Positions 1 through 9,013 of a DNA stretch of 64,000 bases are shown piece after piece (the stretch's first letter is position 1; each line of letters starts with the position of its first letter). This stretch comes from Desulfosudaceae bacterium (GTDB lineage Bacteria > Desulfobacterota > Desulfobacteria > Desulfobacterales > Desulfosudaceae). A model generated the notes under the pieces. The model was not told the DNA's origin, made no database searches, and saw only the letters and a program-made list of their open reading frames with translations. The stretch spans positions 64,001 to 128,000 of the forward strand of contig CAXXDV010000001.1 in NCBI GenBank assembly GCA_963674745.2, read 5' to 3'. Both the position numbers and the translations under genes were made by a program.

Positions 1-20
1 CGAAAAAGCCTGAAAAAACA

Positions 21-66
21 TTGACATATAAAATCGACTGTGTTATAAAATTTATGTTAAACATAA
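21..66 (+). promoter_or_regulatory. sigma70-type promoter with adjacent palindrome upstream of the amidase/MamK-like pair
   Basis: TTGACA (21-26), 17 nt spacer, TATAAA (44-49); inverted repeat TTATGTT-A-AACATAA at 52-66. Confidence 0.65.
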
Positions 67-242
67 TTTAGACAACCGGCAGAATGACTGCAGCTCCGCG
101 ACCTGAACCTTGCAGGTGTGGCCAAACGGCCTTAATCCAGGACAACTCGTGACAGATCCGGGTAAACTTTTTATTTTATTCTTTAATCTTTATTTAAAAA
201 TATGAACTAATTAATGATGGTAATGCGTTAAGTGGTTTTAAG

Positions 243-1313
243 ATGTTTTTCAGGCGCCAGCAAAATGTAAATGAAAAAGCGGCTATTCTTCGGGAGATCT
301 ATTACGATAACCTGAAAATGGCCGGTAAACCGATTGCGGATCCCGGCACGGCCTCGATGTGGCGGGCCTTTATAAAACCGCTTCAGACACTGGCGGTGAT
401 GCTGGTGGTGGCTTTGTTTCCCTTCTCGGAGCTTGACCCGGCACTTCATGTCAAAGAAAAGCGTTCTTTGCCCGTATTGTCTTCGTCTGTCGAGGCGGCA
501 TTTAACATAGCACAGCAAGCTGGTGCAATGCCTGCCTGGGGTTATGTGCCTCCCGACAATCCGGATTTGGCGGATTACAGTCGTTTGCTTTCGGGAAACG
601 ATAAGGTACGGTTGTCATCTCTGTTCGGACTTGGTGTTAAAACAATCGTTATCGATCCCGGCCATGGCGGCAGGGACCCCGGTGCCATAGGCGCAAGGGG
701 CACGATGGAAAAAGATATTACCCTTGATGTGGCGCTGAAACTCAAATCAAGACTGATCGGGCTGGGCCTTTACAATGTGCTGCTCACCCGTGAAAAAGAC
801 CATACCCTTTCACTGGCTGACAGGGTCCAATTTGCAAAAGACAACAAAGCGGACCTGTTTATTTCCGTTCATGTGAATTCACTTCCCAATGAACGGTTGA
901 ATATTATTGAGACTTACTATTTTGGCGCGCCGCTGAATTCGGAAACGATTCGTCTGGCAGAACAGGAAAACAAAGAATCTCATTTTTCAGTAGGAGAGCT
1001 TGACGCGATTATCCAGGATTTCGGTAACACGTTAAAGCGGCAGGAATCGGCGAAACTGGCGACCGCTATTCAGACCAGTCTCTTTAAAAATCTTAAATAC
1101 CAGGATGCCCAGGTCCTGGATTTTGGTATCAAGATGGCGCCGTTTGTCGTTTTGTCCCAGATAGAAGTACCGAGTGTTTTGGTCGAGATATCATGCATAA
1201 CAAAAGCCAGGGAGGAAAAGAAACTGGCCTCTTCCAAATACCGCTCAAAAGTGGCATCTTTTATTGAAGAAGGCATTGTCGTTTATTTGGAAACTCAGGA
1301 TTTCAAATTATAA
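243..1313 (+). CDS. N-acetylmuramoyl-L-alanine amidase (Amidase_3, AmiC-like) with N-terminal membrane anchor
   Basis: Motifs IVIDPGHGGRDPGA, EK..TL, ADLFISVHVNS, APFVVL..PSVLVE; hydrophobic stretch LAVMLVVALFPF. Confidence 0.93.
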   Translation: MFFRRQQNVNEKAAILREIYYDNLKMAGKPIADPGTASMWRAFIKPLQTLAVMLVVALFPFSELDPALHVKEKRSLPVLSSSVEAAFNIAQQAGAMPAWGYVPPDNPDLADYSRLLSGNDKVRLSSLFGLGVKTIVIDPGHGGRDPGAIGARGTMEKDITLDVALKLKSRLIGLGLYNVLLTREKDHTLSLADRVQFAKDNKADLFISVHVNSLPNERLNIIETYYFGAPLNSETIRLAEQENKESHFSVGELDAIIQDFGNTLKRQESAKLATAIQTSLFKNLKYQDAQVLDFGIKMAPFVVLSQIEVPSVLVEISCITKAREEKKLASSKYRSKVASFIEEGIVVYLETQDFKL

Positions 1314-1326
1314 GAGGAGAAAACAC

Positions 1327-2391
1327 ATGAATGAAAACAATCAGGCCCCGGACACCGCTGAAGAGACAAACGACAAGACTGAAAACACTGAGGTCCTTAA
1401 TATCGGTATTGATTTAGGTACTTCCAGAAGTGCCATATCGGCCAGCAATGGCAGCAAAATCTGGATTGAAAGCTTCGTCGGCTGGCCCAAGGACTTTATC
1501 GCGCAAAAAGTTCTGGGCAAACAAACCCTGTTCGGTGCAGAAGCGCTGGAAAACAGATTGTCACTGAAGATTTCCCGCCCCCTGGAACGGGGTGTCATCA
1601 AAGACGGTTCCGAGCACAGCAAAACGGCCGTGAAAGAGCTGGTCGGTCATTTAATCAAAATGGCTAAAAAAAGCAACAACTACACAAAAACCCGCGCCAT
1701 CGTCGGGGTACCGCCCGAATCTTTCAAGGTCAATAAAATGGCCATCAGGCAGCTTGTGGCCGATTTTGCCGACGCCATCATGGTGGTCTCCGAACCTTTC
1801 TCCGTGGCTTACGGGCTCAACGCCTTGAACAACGCCATGGTCATCGATATCGGTGCGGGAACCATGGATTTCTGTATCATGCGCGGAACAATGCCCTCTG
1901 ATGAAGAGCAAAAAACAATTCTAAACGCCGGTGATTTTATTGATCAGCAGCTTAAAACCTATTTGAGCGAACGTTACCCGAAAGCTGATTTCACGGATCA
2001 TATGGTTCGCCGTTTCAAGGAAGAGCACAGCTTTGTGGGAGAACCGGAAAAGAAAGTGATGGTGGAGATCCCCGTCGAAGGGAAGCCCACCATGCACGAT
2101 ATTACAGCTGAAATGCGCCGTTCCTGCGAAAGCATTTTACCGGGGCTGGAAGAAACCATGCTGGAAATGATTGCCGGTTTTGATCCGGAATTTCAGAAAA
2201 AGGTCCGGAACAATGTAATCCTGGCCGGCGGCGGCAGTCAGATCAAAGGTCTTCGGGAACACATTGAGGGCGTTCTCAAAGAATACGGTCCGTGCAATGT
2301 GCAAGTCATTTCCGACCCGCTTTTCGGCGGTGCCGACGGCGCCCTTGAGCTGGCCAAGGAAATGCCGGATGAATACTGGGAAAACAGTTAA
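1327..2391 (+). CDS. MamK-like bacterial actin (MreB/MamK family)
   Basis: Actin phosphate loops IGIDLGTS and VIDIGAGT, adenosine loop LAGGGSQIKG; MamK-type segments VGWPKD, VVSEPFSVAYG, GTMP..EEQ, EEHSFVG and a C-terminal ALELAKEMP.EYW. RBS GAGGAG precedes ATG 1327 (the ORF track starts 21 codons earlier). Confidence 0.85.
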   Translation: MNENNQAPDTAEETNDKTENTEVLNIGIDLGTSRSAISASNGSKIWIESFVGWPKDFIAQKVLGKQTLFGAEALENRLSLKISRPLERGVIKDGSEHSKTAVKELVGHLIKMAKKSNNYTKTRAIVGVPPESFKVNKMAIRQLVADFADAIMVVSEPFSVAYGLNALNNAMVIDIGAGTMDFCIMRGTMPSDEEQKTILNAGDFIDQQLKTYLSERYPKADFTDHMVRRFKEEHSFVGEPEKKVMVEIPVEGKPTMHDITAEMRRSCESILPGLEETMLEMIAGFDPEFQKKVRNNVILAGGGSQIKGLREHIEGVLKEYGPCNVQVISDPLFGGADGALELAKEMPDEYWENS

Positions 2392-2415
2392 AGCGCATCT
2401 GATTTTCGGTTCTTA

Positions 2416-2436
2416 AGGGGTATCTCTAAAAGTTAG
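2416..2436 (+). mobile_element. truncated end of the MITE-like element seen at 32923-33066
   Basis: GGGTATCTCTAAAAGTTAG closely matches GGGTATCTCTACAAATTAG at 32924. Confidence 0.5.
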
Positions 2437-2455
2437 ATTTGAGGGCTCGCACACA

Positions 2456-2520
2456 GGGTTCAAGGATTCAAGGGGTCGAGGGGTCAAGTGTTCGTTGCGG
2501 TTCTTGACCCCTTGGCTCCT
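2456..2520. repeat. octamer inverted-arm repeat, family B, overlapping the tilS 3' end
   Basis: GGGTTCAA GGATTCAA GGGGTCGA GGGGTCAA ... CTTGACCCCTTGGCTCC. Confidence 0.75.
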
Positions 2521-3958
2521 TCTTAAAAATCATCGCCTTCAGCACCCGGGTGGTGCCCGGCCTAACCTTGACCGGATCAGCCGTGCGGTAACCGGCCAGC
2601 CAGATGATCTGTCCCCCTGAAGCAACCACCGGGCAGGCCCGGCGTTGCTTTCGGGGGATCTTGTTATTAATAAAAAAATCTTTGACCTTCTGGTGTCCCT
2701 TCATGCCCAGAGGAACAAAGCGATCTCCGGGCTGAATGTTTCTCACTGTCAGGGGAAAAACGAGTTTTTCCAGATCGAAATAAGCGACATCCGCCCGGCT
2801 CTCTTTAACGTTTCCGACAGCTTCAGGCAAGACAACGGTAAAATCTATTCTGACGCCGATGTCCGGGATTATTAACGAATCGTTTCCTGCTCCCTGATCA
2901 AGCACGTTCCGGGAAAAAACAGGCCCGGTCCCGGTTATCCCTTCGGCCCGGTCCGAAGCCGGCCCGAAAGCCAACCGGTCTCCGTCTTTGTCCACCACAA
3001 CACCATCGGTCATCTGTATCGTAACGGATTGGTCTTTATCAAGGCACCCGACGACCGCCTCAACCCGCTCAAAGGTGATCTTTAGCAGATCGCCCTTTAA
3101 GCTCGCCAGCGCTTTTCTGATCAGCCGCCGTTGGACAGCCCGCGGCTGCGCCGTCATCAGGGGAACAGAAAGCGTCACGCGGTGGCCTTTGCCCTTCAGC
3201 AGCATCCCGGCAAAAGCATCATCAATTAATGCCTCAAGCCACTCATCTTCCGCCCGAAAAATTTCAGCCAGACGGTTCAAATTTCCGGTCAGATTCGCAT
3301 TGTAGCCCCGCTGCAAACAGGGAATAAGCTCATGACGGACACGATTCCTCAAAAAGCCCGTGTCGTCATTGGTTTCATCGACAACAAATTCCAGGCCGGC
3401 TTTTTCGACCGCTGTTTTAATCTCGGCCCGGGTCAGGTTGATCAGCGGGCGGATGATTTTGCCCTCCCGGACAGGCGGGATACCGGACAGCCCGGTCCGG
3501 CCGCTGCCGCGCAGTAACCCCATCAATACCTGCTCGGCATTGTCGTCCGCATGATGCCCGGTGGCAATCTTGTCATAGCCCTGTGCGGCAGCCGTTCTGT
3601 CAAAAAAATCATACCGCACCCGCCGGGCGGCATCTTCTATGGAAAGCCGGTGCTTTTCCGCAAAACCAGGGATGTCAACGAGTTCCGCGTGAAACGACAA
3701 CCCGTATTCACCGGCCAGTTGCCTGACAAAGGCCATGTCTCCGTCGGCAGCGCTCCCTCTTAGACCGTGATTGAGATGTGCCACGCCGAGACGGGAAAGG
3801 GATAACCGTTCGGCCAGCCGGACCAGGCACCACAGCAGGGAGACCGAATCAATCCCCCCTGAAACGGCCACCAGAACCGATTGGCCGGGAAGGATCATGT
3901 GATGATCGGCCATGGTCCGGGCGACTTTTTTCAACATATCCTGGTTAAAATCCTTCAA
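2468..3958 (-). CDS. tilS: tRNA(Ile)-lysidine synthetase
   Basis: VAVSGGIDS PP-loop, HLNHGLR, GHHADDNAEQ, RPLI, RNRVRHELIP, TilS_C domain; start could be ATG 3937. Confidence 0.96.
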   Translation of the reverse strand: MKDFNQDMLKKVARTMADHHMILPGQSVLVAVSGGIDSVSLLWCLVRLAERLSLSRLGVAHLNHGLRGSAADGDMAFVRQLAGEYGLSFHAELVDIPGFAEKHRLSIEDAARRVRYDFFDRTAAAQGYDKIATGHHADDNAEQVLMGLLRGSGRTGLSGIPPVREGKIIRPLINLTRAEIKTAVEKAGLEFVVDETNDDTGFLRNRVRHELIPCLQRGYNANLTGNLNRLAEIFRAEDEWLEALIDDAFAGMLLKGKGHRVTLSVPLMTAQPRAVQRRLIRKALASLKGDLLKITFERVEAVVGCLDKDQSVTIQMTDGVVVDKDGDRLAFGPASDRAEGITGTGPVFSRNVLDQGAGNDSLIIPDIGVRIDFTVVLPEAVGNVKESRADVAYFDLEKLVFPLTVRNIQPGDRFVPLGMKGHQKVKDFFINNKIPRKQRRACPVVASGGQIIWLAGYRTADPVKVRPGTTRVLKAMIFKKEPRGQEPQRTLDPSTP

Positions 3959-4232
3959 CCGACTGGTCCTTTTAAATTAATCCCCCCGATACTATTATTC
4001 ACATTAGCCGAAGAGATCCGAAACCATCCCTGATGTCGGTTAAAATACCACGAATATCCGGCGATATTCAAACATTCTTCGACATATATCCGGCTTCTCA
4101 CGCCACATTTGATTTTCCAGTCCCATCAGGATATAGCATTGAAAACGAACCGGCCCCTGGACTTTGGATACACGGATATGGCGAAACGTGGCCCGAAACC
4201 CGGCACTGACCTGAAACCTGACGGGAGGCACG

Positions 4233-5138
4233 ATGAAAGACAAACTCAAAGCAATGGTGATGGCCTCTTTTGCCGCTGATTCTCTGGCACTTGGGGTCCA
4301 CTGGATCTACGACCCGAGAAAAATCGTGTCGGATTTCGGCCGGGTTGAGGCCTTCCTGGCCCCGGATCCCCGGTCTTACCACAACACCAAAAGCAAGGGC
4401 GATTTTACCCATTACGGGGACCAGATGCTGGTCTTGCTGGCGTCACTGGCAGAAACCGGACGCTTTGATCTGGCCGATTTTTCACGGCGCTGGCGAAAAT
4501 TATTCGCCGGTTATAATGGATACATTGACAGTGCCACGCGCGTCACCCTGACCAACTATGAACGAGGCCGGTCACCGGAAGAAGCGGGGTCGGCCTCCGA
4601 CGACCTGGCCGGCGCCGCCCGGATCGCACCGCTGGTCTACCTTTTGAAAGATGATCCGGAAGCCCTTGCCCAAAGTGCTAAAGACCAGACACGCATGACC
4701 CACACCGACCCGGCGACGGTTGAAGCGGCTGAATATTTTGCCCTGGTCACACGGACCGTGGTCATGGGGACATCACCGGTTGACGCCATGAAGCAGGTGG
4801 CGGAAGACCGTTTTGACATCTCCCCGGTATCGGCCTGGCTGCAGAAAGGGCTGGCAACCCTGGAGCTGGACAGCGTTGACGTGGTCAACAATTTCGGCAG
4901 CAGTTGCCATACCGGCGAAATGTTTCCGGGCGTCATCCACCTGATTGCAAAACATGAAACCGATTTAAAAGAAGGCCTGGTACAATGCATGATGGCAGGC
5001 GGAGACAACGCGGCCCGGGGCGCCCTGGTCGGTATGGTGCTGGGTGCCCATCTGGGTCTGGAACACCTGCCCGGTGAGTGGCTCAATGAAATGACCGCCG
5101 GAGACAGAATAAAAGACCTGCTGAAAAAAATTTCCTGA
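4233..5138 (+). CDS. ADP-ribosylglycohydrolase family protein
   Basis: ADSLALGVHWIYD, GDFTHYGDQ, TRMTH, AGGDNAARGALVGMVLGA..G...LP.EW. Confidence 0.85.
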   Translation: MKDKLKAMVMASFAADSLALGVHWIYDPRKIVSDFGRVEAFLAPDPRSYHNTKSKGDFTHYGDQMLVLLASLAETGRFDLADFSRRWRKLFAGYNGYIDSATRVTLTNYERGRSPEEAGSASDDLAGAARIAPLVYLLKDDPEALAQSAKDQTRMTHTDPATVEAAEYFALVTRTVVMGTSPVDAMKQVAEDRFDISPVSAWLQKGLATLELDSVDVVNNFGSSCHTGEMFPGVIHLIAKHETDLKEGLVQCMMAGGDNAARGALVGMVLGAHLGLEHLPGEWLNEMTAGDRIKDLLKKIS

Positions 5139-5177
5139 CGATATATCGATTTTACACGAACCGGACAAATATTTCCC

Positions 5178-5205
5178 TTGAAACATATCAAACGGGTGTT
5201 ATAAT
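5178..5205 (+). promoter_or_regulatory. promoter of the SRP RNA
   Basis: TTGAAA (5178-5183) and extended -10 TGnTATAAT (5197-5205), 6 nt before the RNA 5' stem. Confidence 0.7.
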
Positions 5206-5211
5206 CTGGCC

Positions 5212-5465
5212 ACCTGGTTGTACTAGGCGGGGAGATAGCGGTGCCCTTTACCTGAAATCCGCTTTATGCAGGGCTGAATCCCTTTGAAGGCTAACGTACC
5301 GAAATATCGTCTGTTCTGACCGGCCGCCGTGCAACTGACGGCCGGGAACCTCGTCAGGTCCGGAAGGAAGCAGCGATAACCGGAATGGTCAGTGTCATGG
5401 ATCGATCCCGGTCATGTTACGGGCTTTTGTTTCGGTGCATGTCGACAGAGGGTGTGCAACCAGGT
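5212..5465 (+). ncRNA. ffs: signal recognition particle RNA, long bacterial form with Alu domain
   Basis: Helix 8 core GTCAGGTCCGGAAGGAAGCAGC; Alu-like 5' part GCGGGGAGATAGCGGTGCCCTTTACCTGAAATCCGC resembling Bacillus scRNA; terminal stem ACCTGGTTGTAC/GTGCAACCAGGT. Confidence 0.95.
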
Positions 5466-5599
5466 TTTTCTTTCCTCCTTTCTTGACATTATCATATTTA
5501 ACCTTATTTTTCTGATAAACCAAACATAGTGAAACTGTTTGAAAAAATTCGTTTTGTGGCCTTAATACCAAAACAGAACAATTGGAAAAGTGATTACAG

Positions 5600-6274
5600 G
5601 TGGTTGATGTGGAGAAAGAAAAAGCCGGGTTAGACAATACAGACGAAAAAAATATGGATCAGGAAATGAGTTCCACGGGGCCGGTGGAAGGCCGAAAAGC
5701 GAACAAAAAAGACAATCGCATAAAAGTTAAAGTAAAAACCGACGGCCAGCCGGAAAAAGACGTGCCGGATGATGCTGAAACAATAGAACAATTAAAAGAA
5801 GACCTGGCAGCCGTGGAAAAGGAGAAAAATGAGGCCAACGACCGGCTTTTAAGGACGGCAGCTGAGTTTGATAACTATAAAAAACGACAGGATAAACAGT
5901 GGAGTGATTTTAAAAAATACGCCAATGAATCATTGGCCAAAGACCTGTTGACCGTAGTGGACAACCTGGAGCGGGCGATTACCGCTGCTCAGGAAACGGA
6001 TGAAAAAAACAACGGTCTGGTCGAAGGCGTAAAAATGACGTTGGACGAGATCCTGAAGATACTGCAACGATACAGTGTAACCCCGATAGAATCCATCGGG
6101 AAAAAATTTGACCCCAATTTTCATCAGGCGGTTTCCACTCAGCCGGTTGAAGACGCGGAAAGCAACATCGTTCTTGAAGCGTATCAGAAAGGTTACCTTA
6201 TTCATGACCGGCTGCTGAGGCCGGCCATGGTGGTTGTGTCTGCCGCTACCAAGTCGAACGAAGCGGCGGAATAA
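5600..6274 (+). CDS. grpE: nucleotide exchange factor GrpE
   Basis: AEFDNYKKR, LLTVVDNLERA, FDPNFHQAV, QKGY..HDRLLRPAMVVV; exact start uncertain. Confidence 0.96.
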   Translation: MVDVEKEKAGLDNTDEKNMDQEMSSTGPVEGRKANKKDNRIKVKVKTDGQPEKDVPDDAETIEQLKEDLAAVEKEKNEANDRLLRTAAEFDNYKKRQDKQWSDFKKYANESLAKDLLTVVDNLERAITAAQETDEKNNGLVEGVKMTLDEILKILQRYSVTPIESIGKKFDPNFHQAVSTQPVEDAESNIVLEAYQKGYLIHDRLLRPAMVVVSAATKSNEAAE

Positions 6275-6330
6275 ACATTTTAAGTAACTGCAATAAATAA
6301 AAAAATATACAGGCAGGGAAGGAGAGCACA

Positions 6331-8253
6331 ATGGCAAAAACAATCGGAATCGATCTTGGCACCACAAACTCATGCGTGGCGGTGATGGAAAGCGGGGACG
6401 CCAAGGTAATCACCAACCCCGAAGGCGGAAGAACGACACCCTCAATAGTCGCCATTAACGAAGACGGCGAACGGCTGGTCGGGCAGGTCGCAAAAAGACA
6501 GGCTATCACCAACCCGGAACATACTGTTTTTGCTGTCAAACGACTTATCGGACGCAAATATGATTCTCCCGAGGTGCTGTACGATGTCAAGATTCTGCCC
6601 TATAAAATAGAAAAAGCGGGCAACGGTGACGTGCGTATCAATATTCGCGATAAACAGCACAGTCCGGCCGAAATATCCTCTTTTATTCTGGCGGATATCA
6701 AGCATTCGGCTGAACAATATCTGGGCGAAACAGTGACCGATGCCGTTATCACCGTACCGGCTTATTTTAATGACAGCCAGCGACAGGCCACCAAGGACGC
6801 CGGCAAAATCGCCGGGCTCAATGTCCAGCGCATCATCAACGAACCCACGGCGGCAGCGCTGGCATATGGCCTGGACAAGAAAAAAGACGAAAAGATCGCT
6901 GTCTTTGACCTTGGCGGCGGTACCTTTGATATTTCGGTCCTCGAACTGGGTGACGGGGTTTTTGAAGTCAAGTCAACCAATGGAGACACCCATCTGGGTG
7001 GTGAAGACTTTGACCTGCGGGTGGTGGACTATCTGGCCGATGAATTCAAAAAAGACCAGGGCATTGATCTGCGCAATGACAAAATGGCACTGCAGCGGTT
7101 AAAGGAAGCCGCCGAAAAAGCCAAAATGGAATTGTCCACCGCGCACCAGACAGACATCAACCTGCCCTTTATCACGGCCGATTCCAGCGGGCCCAAACAT
7201 CTCAATATTAAACTGACCCGGGCCAAACTGGAAGAGCTGGTCGGTGCTCTGCTGGACAAAATAGACAAGCCCTGCCAGACCGCATTAAAAGATTCGGGGT
7301 TTTCGGCCGGACAGATTGACGAAATCATTCTGGTCGGCGGCATGTCCCGCATGCCCGCGGTCCAGGAACGGGTTAAAAAAATCTTCGGCAAAGAACCCAA
7401 CAAGAGCGTCAATCCGGACGAAGTGGTTGCCATGGGCGCGGCCATCCAGGCCGGTGTTCTCCAGGGAGACGTCAACGATGTCCTGCTGCTGGATGTCACG
7501 CCCCTTTCCCTGGGCATTGAGACCCTGGGTGGCGTGATGACCCGGTTGATTGACAAAAACACCACCATTCCCACGAAAAAAAGCCAGGTGTTTTCAACGG
7601 CTGCCGACAACCAGCCGGCGGTTTCCATCCATGTGCTTCAGGGCGAACGGGAAATGGCCGAAGGGAACAAAACCCTGGGACGATTTGAGCTGACCGATAT
7701 TCCGCCGGCCCCCAGAGGCGTGCCCCAGATTGAAGTGGCCTTTGACATTGACGCCAACGGAATCGTCAATGTGTCCGCTAAAGACCTGGGTACCGGCAAA
7801 GAACAATCAATCAGGATTACCGCTTCCAGCGGGCTGTCAAAAGAAGAAATTGACAAACTGGTTAAAGACGCCGAAGCGCATGCCGAGGACGATAAAAAGA
7901 AAAAAGAACTGGTGGAAGCCCAGAACAATGCCGATGCCATGGTCTATCAGACGGAAAAATCCTTGAAAGACCTGGGCCAGGATAAGCTTGACGCGGAAAC
8001 CAAAGCCAATATTGAAAGCAAAATCGAAGCGTTAAAGAAGATCAAGGATAGCAACGACCTGGAAGGGATCAAGCAGGCCACCGAAGAACTGGCCCAGGCG
8101 TCCCACAAGCTGGCCGAGGCCATGTACCAGCAGGCTTCTCAGGATGGGGCCCAGCAAGCGGCCGGTGATGCCGGCGGGGCTCAAGAGCAGGCCGGCGGGG
8201 CCAAAGATGACGATGACGTCATCGACGCGGATTACGAAGCAACCGACAAATAA
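6331..8253 (+). CDS. dnaK: chaperone DnaK (Hsp70)
   Basis: [42 protein letters not shown]. Confidence 0.99.
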   Translation: MAKTIGIDLGTTNSCVAVMESGDAKVITNPEGGRTTPSIVAINEDGERLVGQVAKRQAITNPEHTVFAVKRLIGRKYDSPEVLYDVKILPYKIEKAGNGDVRINIRDKQHSPAEISSFILADIKHSAEQYLGETVTDAVITVPAYFNDSQRQATKDAGKIAGLNVQRIINEPTAAALAYGLDKKKDEKIAVFDLGGGTFDISVLELGDGVFEVKSTNGDTHLGGEDFDLRVVDYLADEFKKDQGIDLRNDKMALQRLKEAAEKAKMELSTAHQTDINLPFITADSSGPKHLNIKLTRAKLEELVGALLDKIDKPCQTALKDSGFSAGQIDEIILVGGMSRMPAVQERVKKIFGKEPNKSVNPDEVVAMGAAIQAGVLQGDVNDVLLLDVTPLSLGIETLGGVMTRLIDKNTTIPTKKSQVFSTAADNQPAVSIHVLQGEREMAEGNKTLGRFELTDIPPAPRGVPQIEVAFDIDANGIVNVSAKDLGTGKEQSIRITASSGLSKEEIDKLVKDAEAHAEDDKKKKELVEAQNNADAMVYQTEKSLKDLGQDKLDAETKANIESKIEALKKIKDSNDLEGIKQATEELAQASHKLAEAMYQQASQDGAQQAAGDAGGAQEQAGGAKDDDDVIDADYEATDK

Positions 8254-8270
8254 CCATAACCGTATAGTAT

Positions 8271-8311
8271 AAAAAGGCCGCCCGGGCGTTGTGCCCAGGC
8301 GGCCTTTTTTT
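8271..8311 (+). terminator. rho-independent terminator after dnaK
   Basis: AAAAAGGCCGCCCGGGC-GTTGT-GCCCAGGCGGCCTTTTTTT. Confidence 0.9.
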
Positions 8312-8461
8312 ATCAATCATTAAGGACTTCAACCGGTTACGAACTGAGAGCAACAGCAGCGGTTCTGTTAATTTGACGGAAAATTGATTGACTTTGTCAG
8401 GCAAAAGTTAGAAAAATATAAATAAACACCGTTTACAAAGCGCAACTTCTGACCGGAGATA

Positions 8462-9001
8462 TTGTTTTTGGCTAATAAAATCAGAATATTGACCAATTTC
8501 CTAATCGCCGTCTTGCTGATCGGCAATACCCTCGCCTATGGTGAAGAAACAGCTCCGCCGGTTGATGTCGAAACCCCGCCCCGGGACGCCCTGAACACAG
8601 CTGCCCCGACCGCTCCTTCCGAAAAAATAAATGTCGTTTTCAGGGTTATGCCCAGACAGGAGCAACGTAAACTCTATTTTGATATCGAGACGAATCTGCC
8701 GGACGGCATGGTTTTCATGAGTGCCATCAGAGATGAAATGGGTATTGTCCACAAAATAAGCGGCACCATGGCACGGATCCAGACGGAAATAATCAACGGT
8801 CGGATTACACTGGGACCGTTCCCCCTGGTCGACAGGCCCTTCCCGCCCGGAGAATACAAACTGTATATCAACAGCTATCCCGACGAATACCAGCCCGAAA
8901 ACGTCATCAATATTATCGGGAAAAGGGGGGCGAATCTGACCGGTCCGCACGTCATCGGCGGCCTGATCCTGTTCGGAAAAACCTTCATGATTACCGGATA
9001 G
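8462..9001 (+). CDS. hypothetical exported protein
   Basis: Signal-peptide-like N-terminus, Pro/Thr linker, beta-rich domain; GGAG before a TTG start. Confidence 0.65.
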   Translation: MFLANKIRILTNFLIAVLLIGNTLAYGEETAPPVDVETPPRDALNTAAPTAPSEKINVVFRVMPRQEQRKLYFDIETNLPDGMVFMSAIRDEMGIVHKISGTMARIQTEIINGRITLGPFPLVDRPFPPGEYKLYINSYPDEYQPENVINIIGKRGANLTGPHVIGGLILFGKTFMITG

Positions 9002-9013
9002 CAATAACCGGCC

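Noticed and set aside
72..165. 6S RNA, c-di-AMP or TPP riboswitch
   Set aside because: Only short motif resemblances; length and conserved cores do not fit
1327..2391. Canonical mreB or a magnetosome island
   Set aside because: No mreC/mreD and no other mam/mad genes in the window; motifs are MamK-like, so no gene symbol was assigned
5395..5637. 80-aa minus-strand ORF
   Set aside because: Overlaps the SRP RNA 3' end and the grpE promoter region; no recognisable protein features
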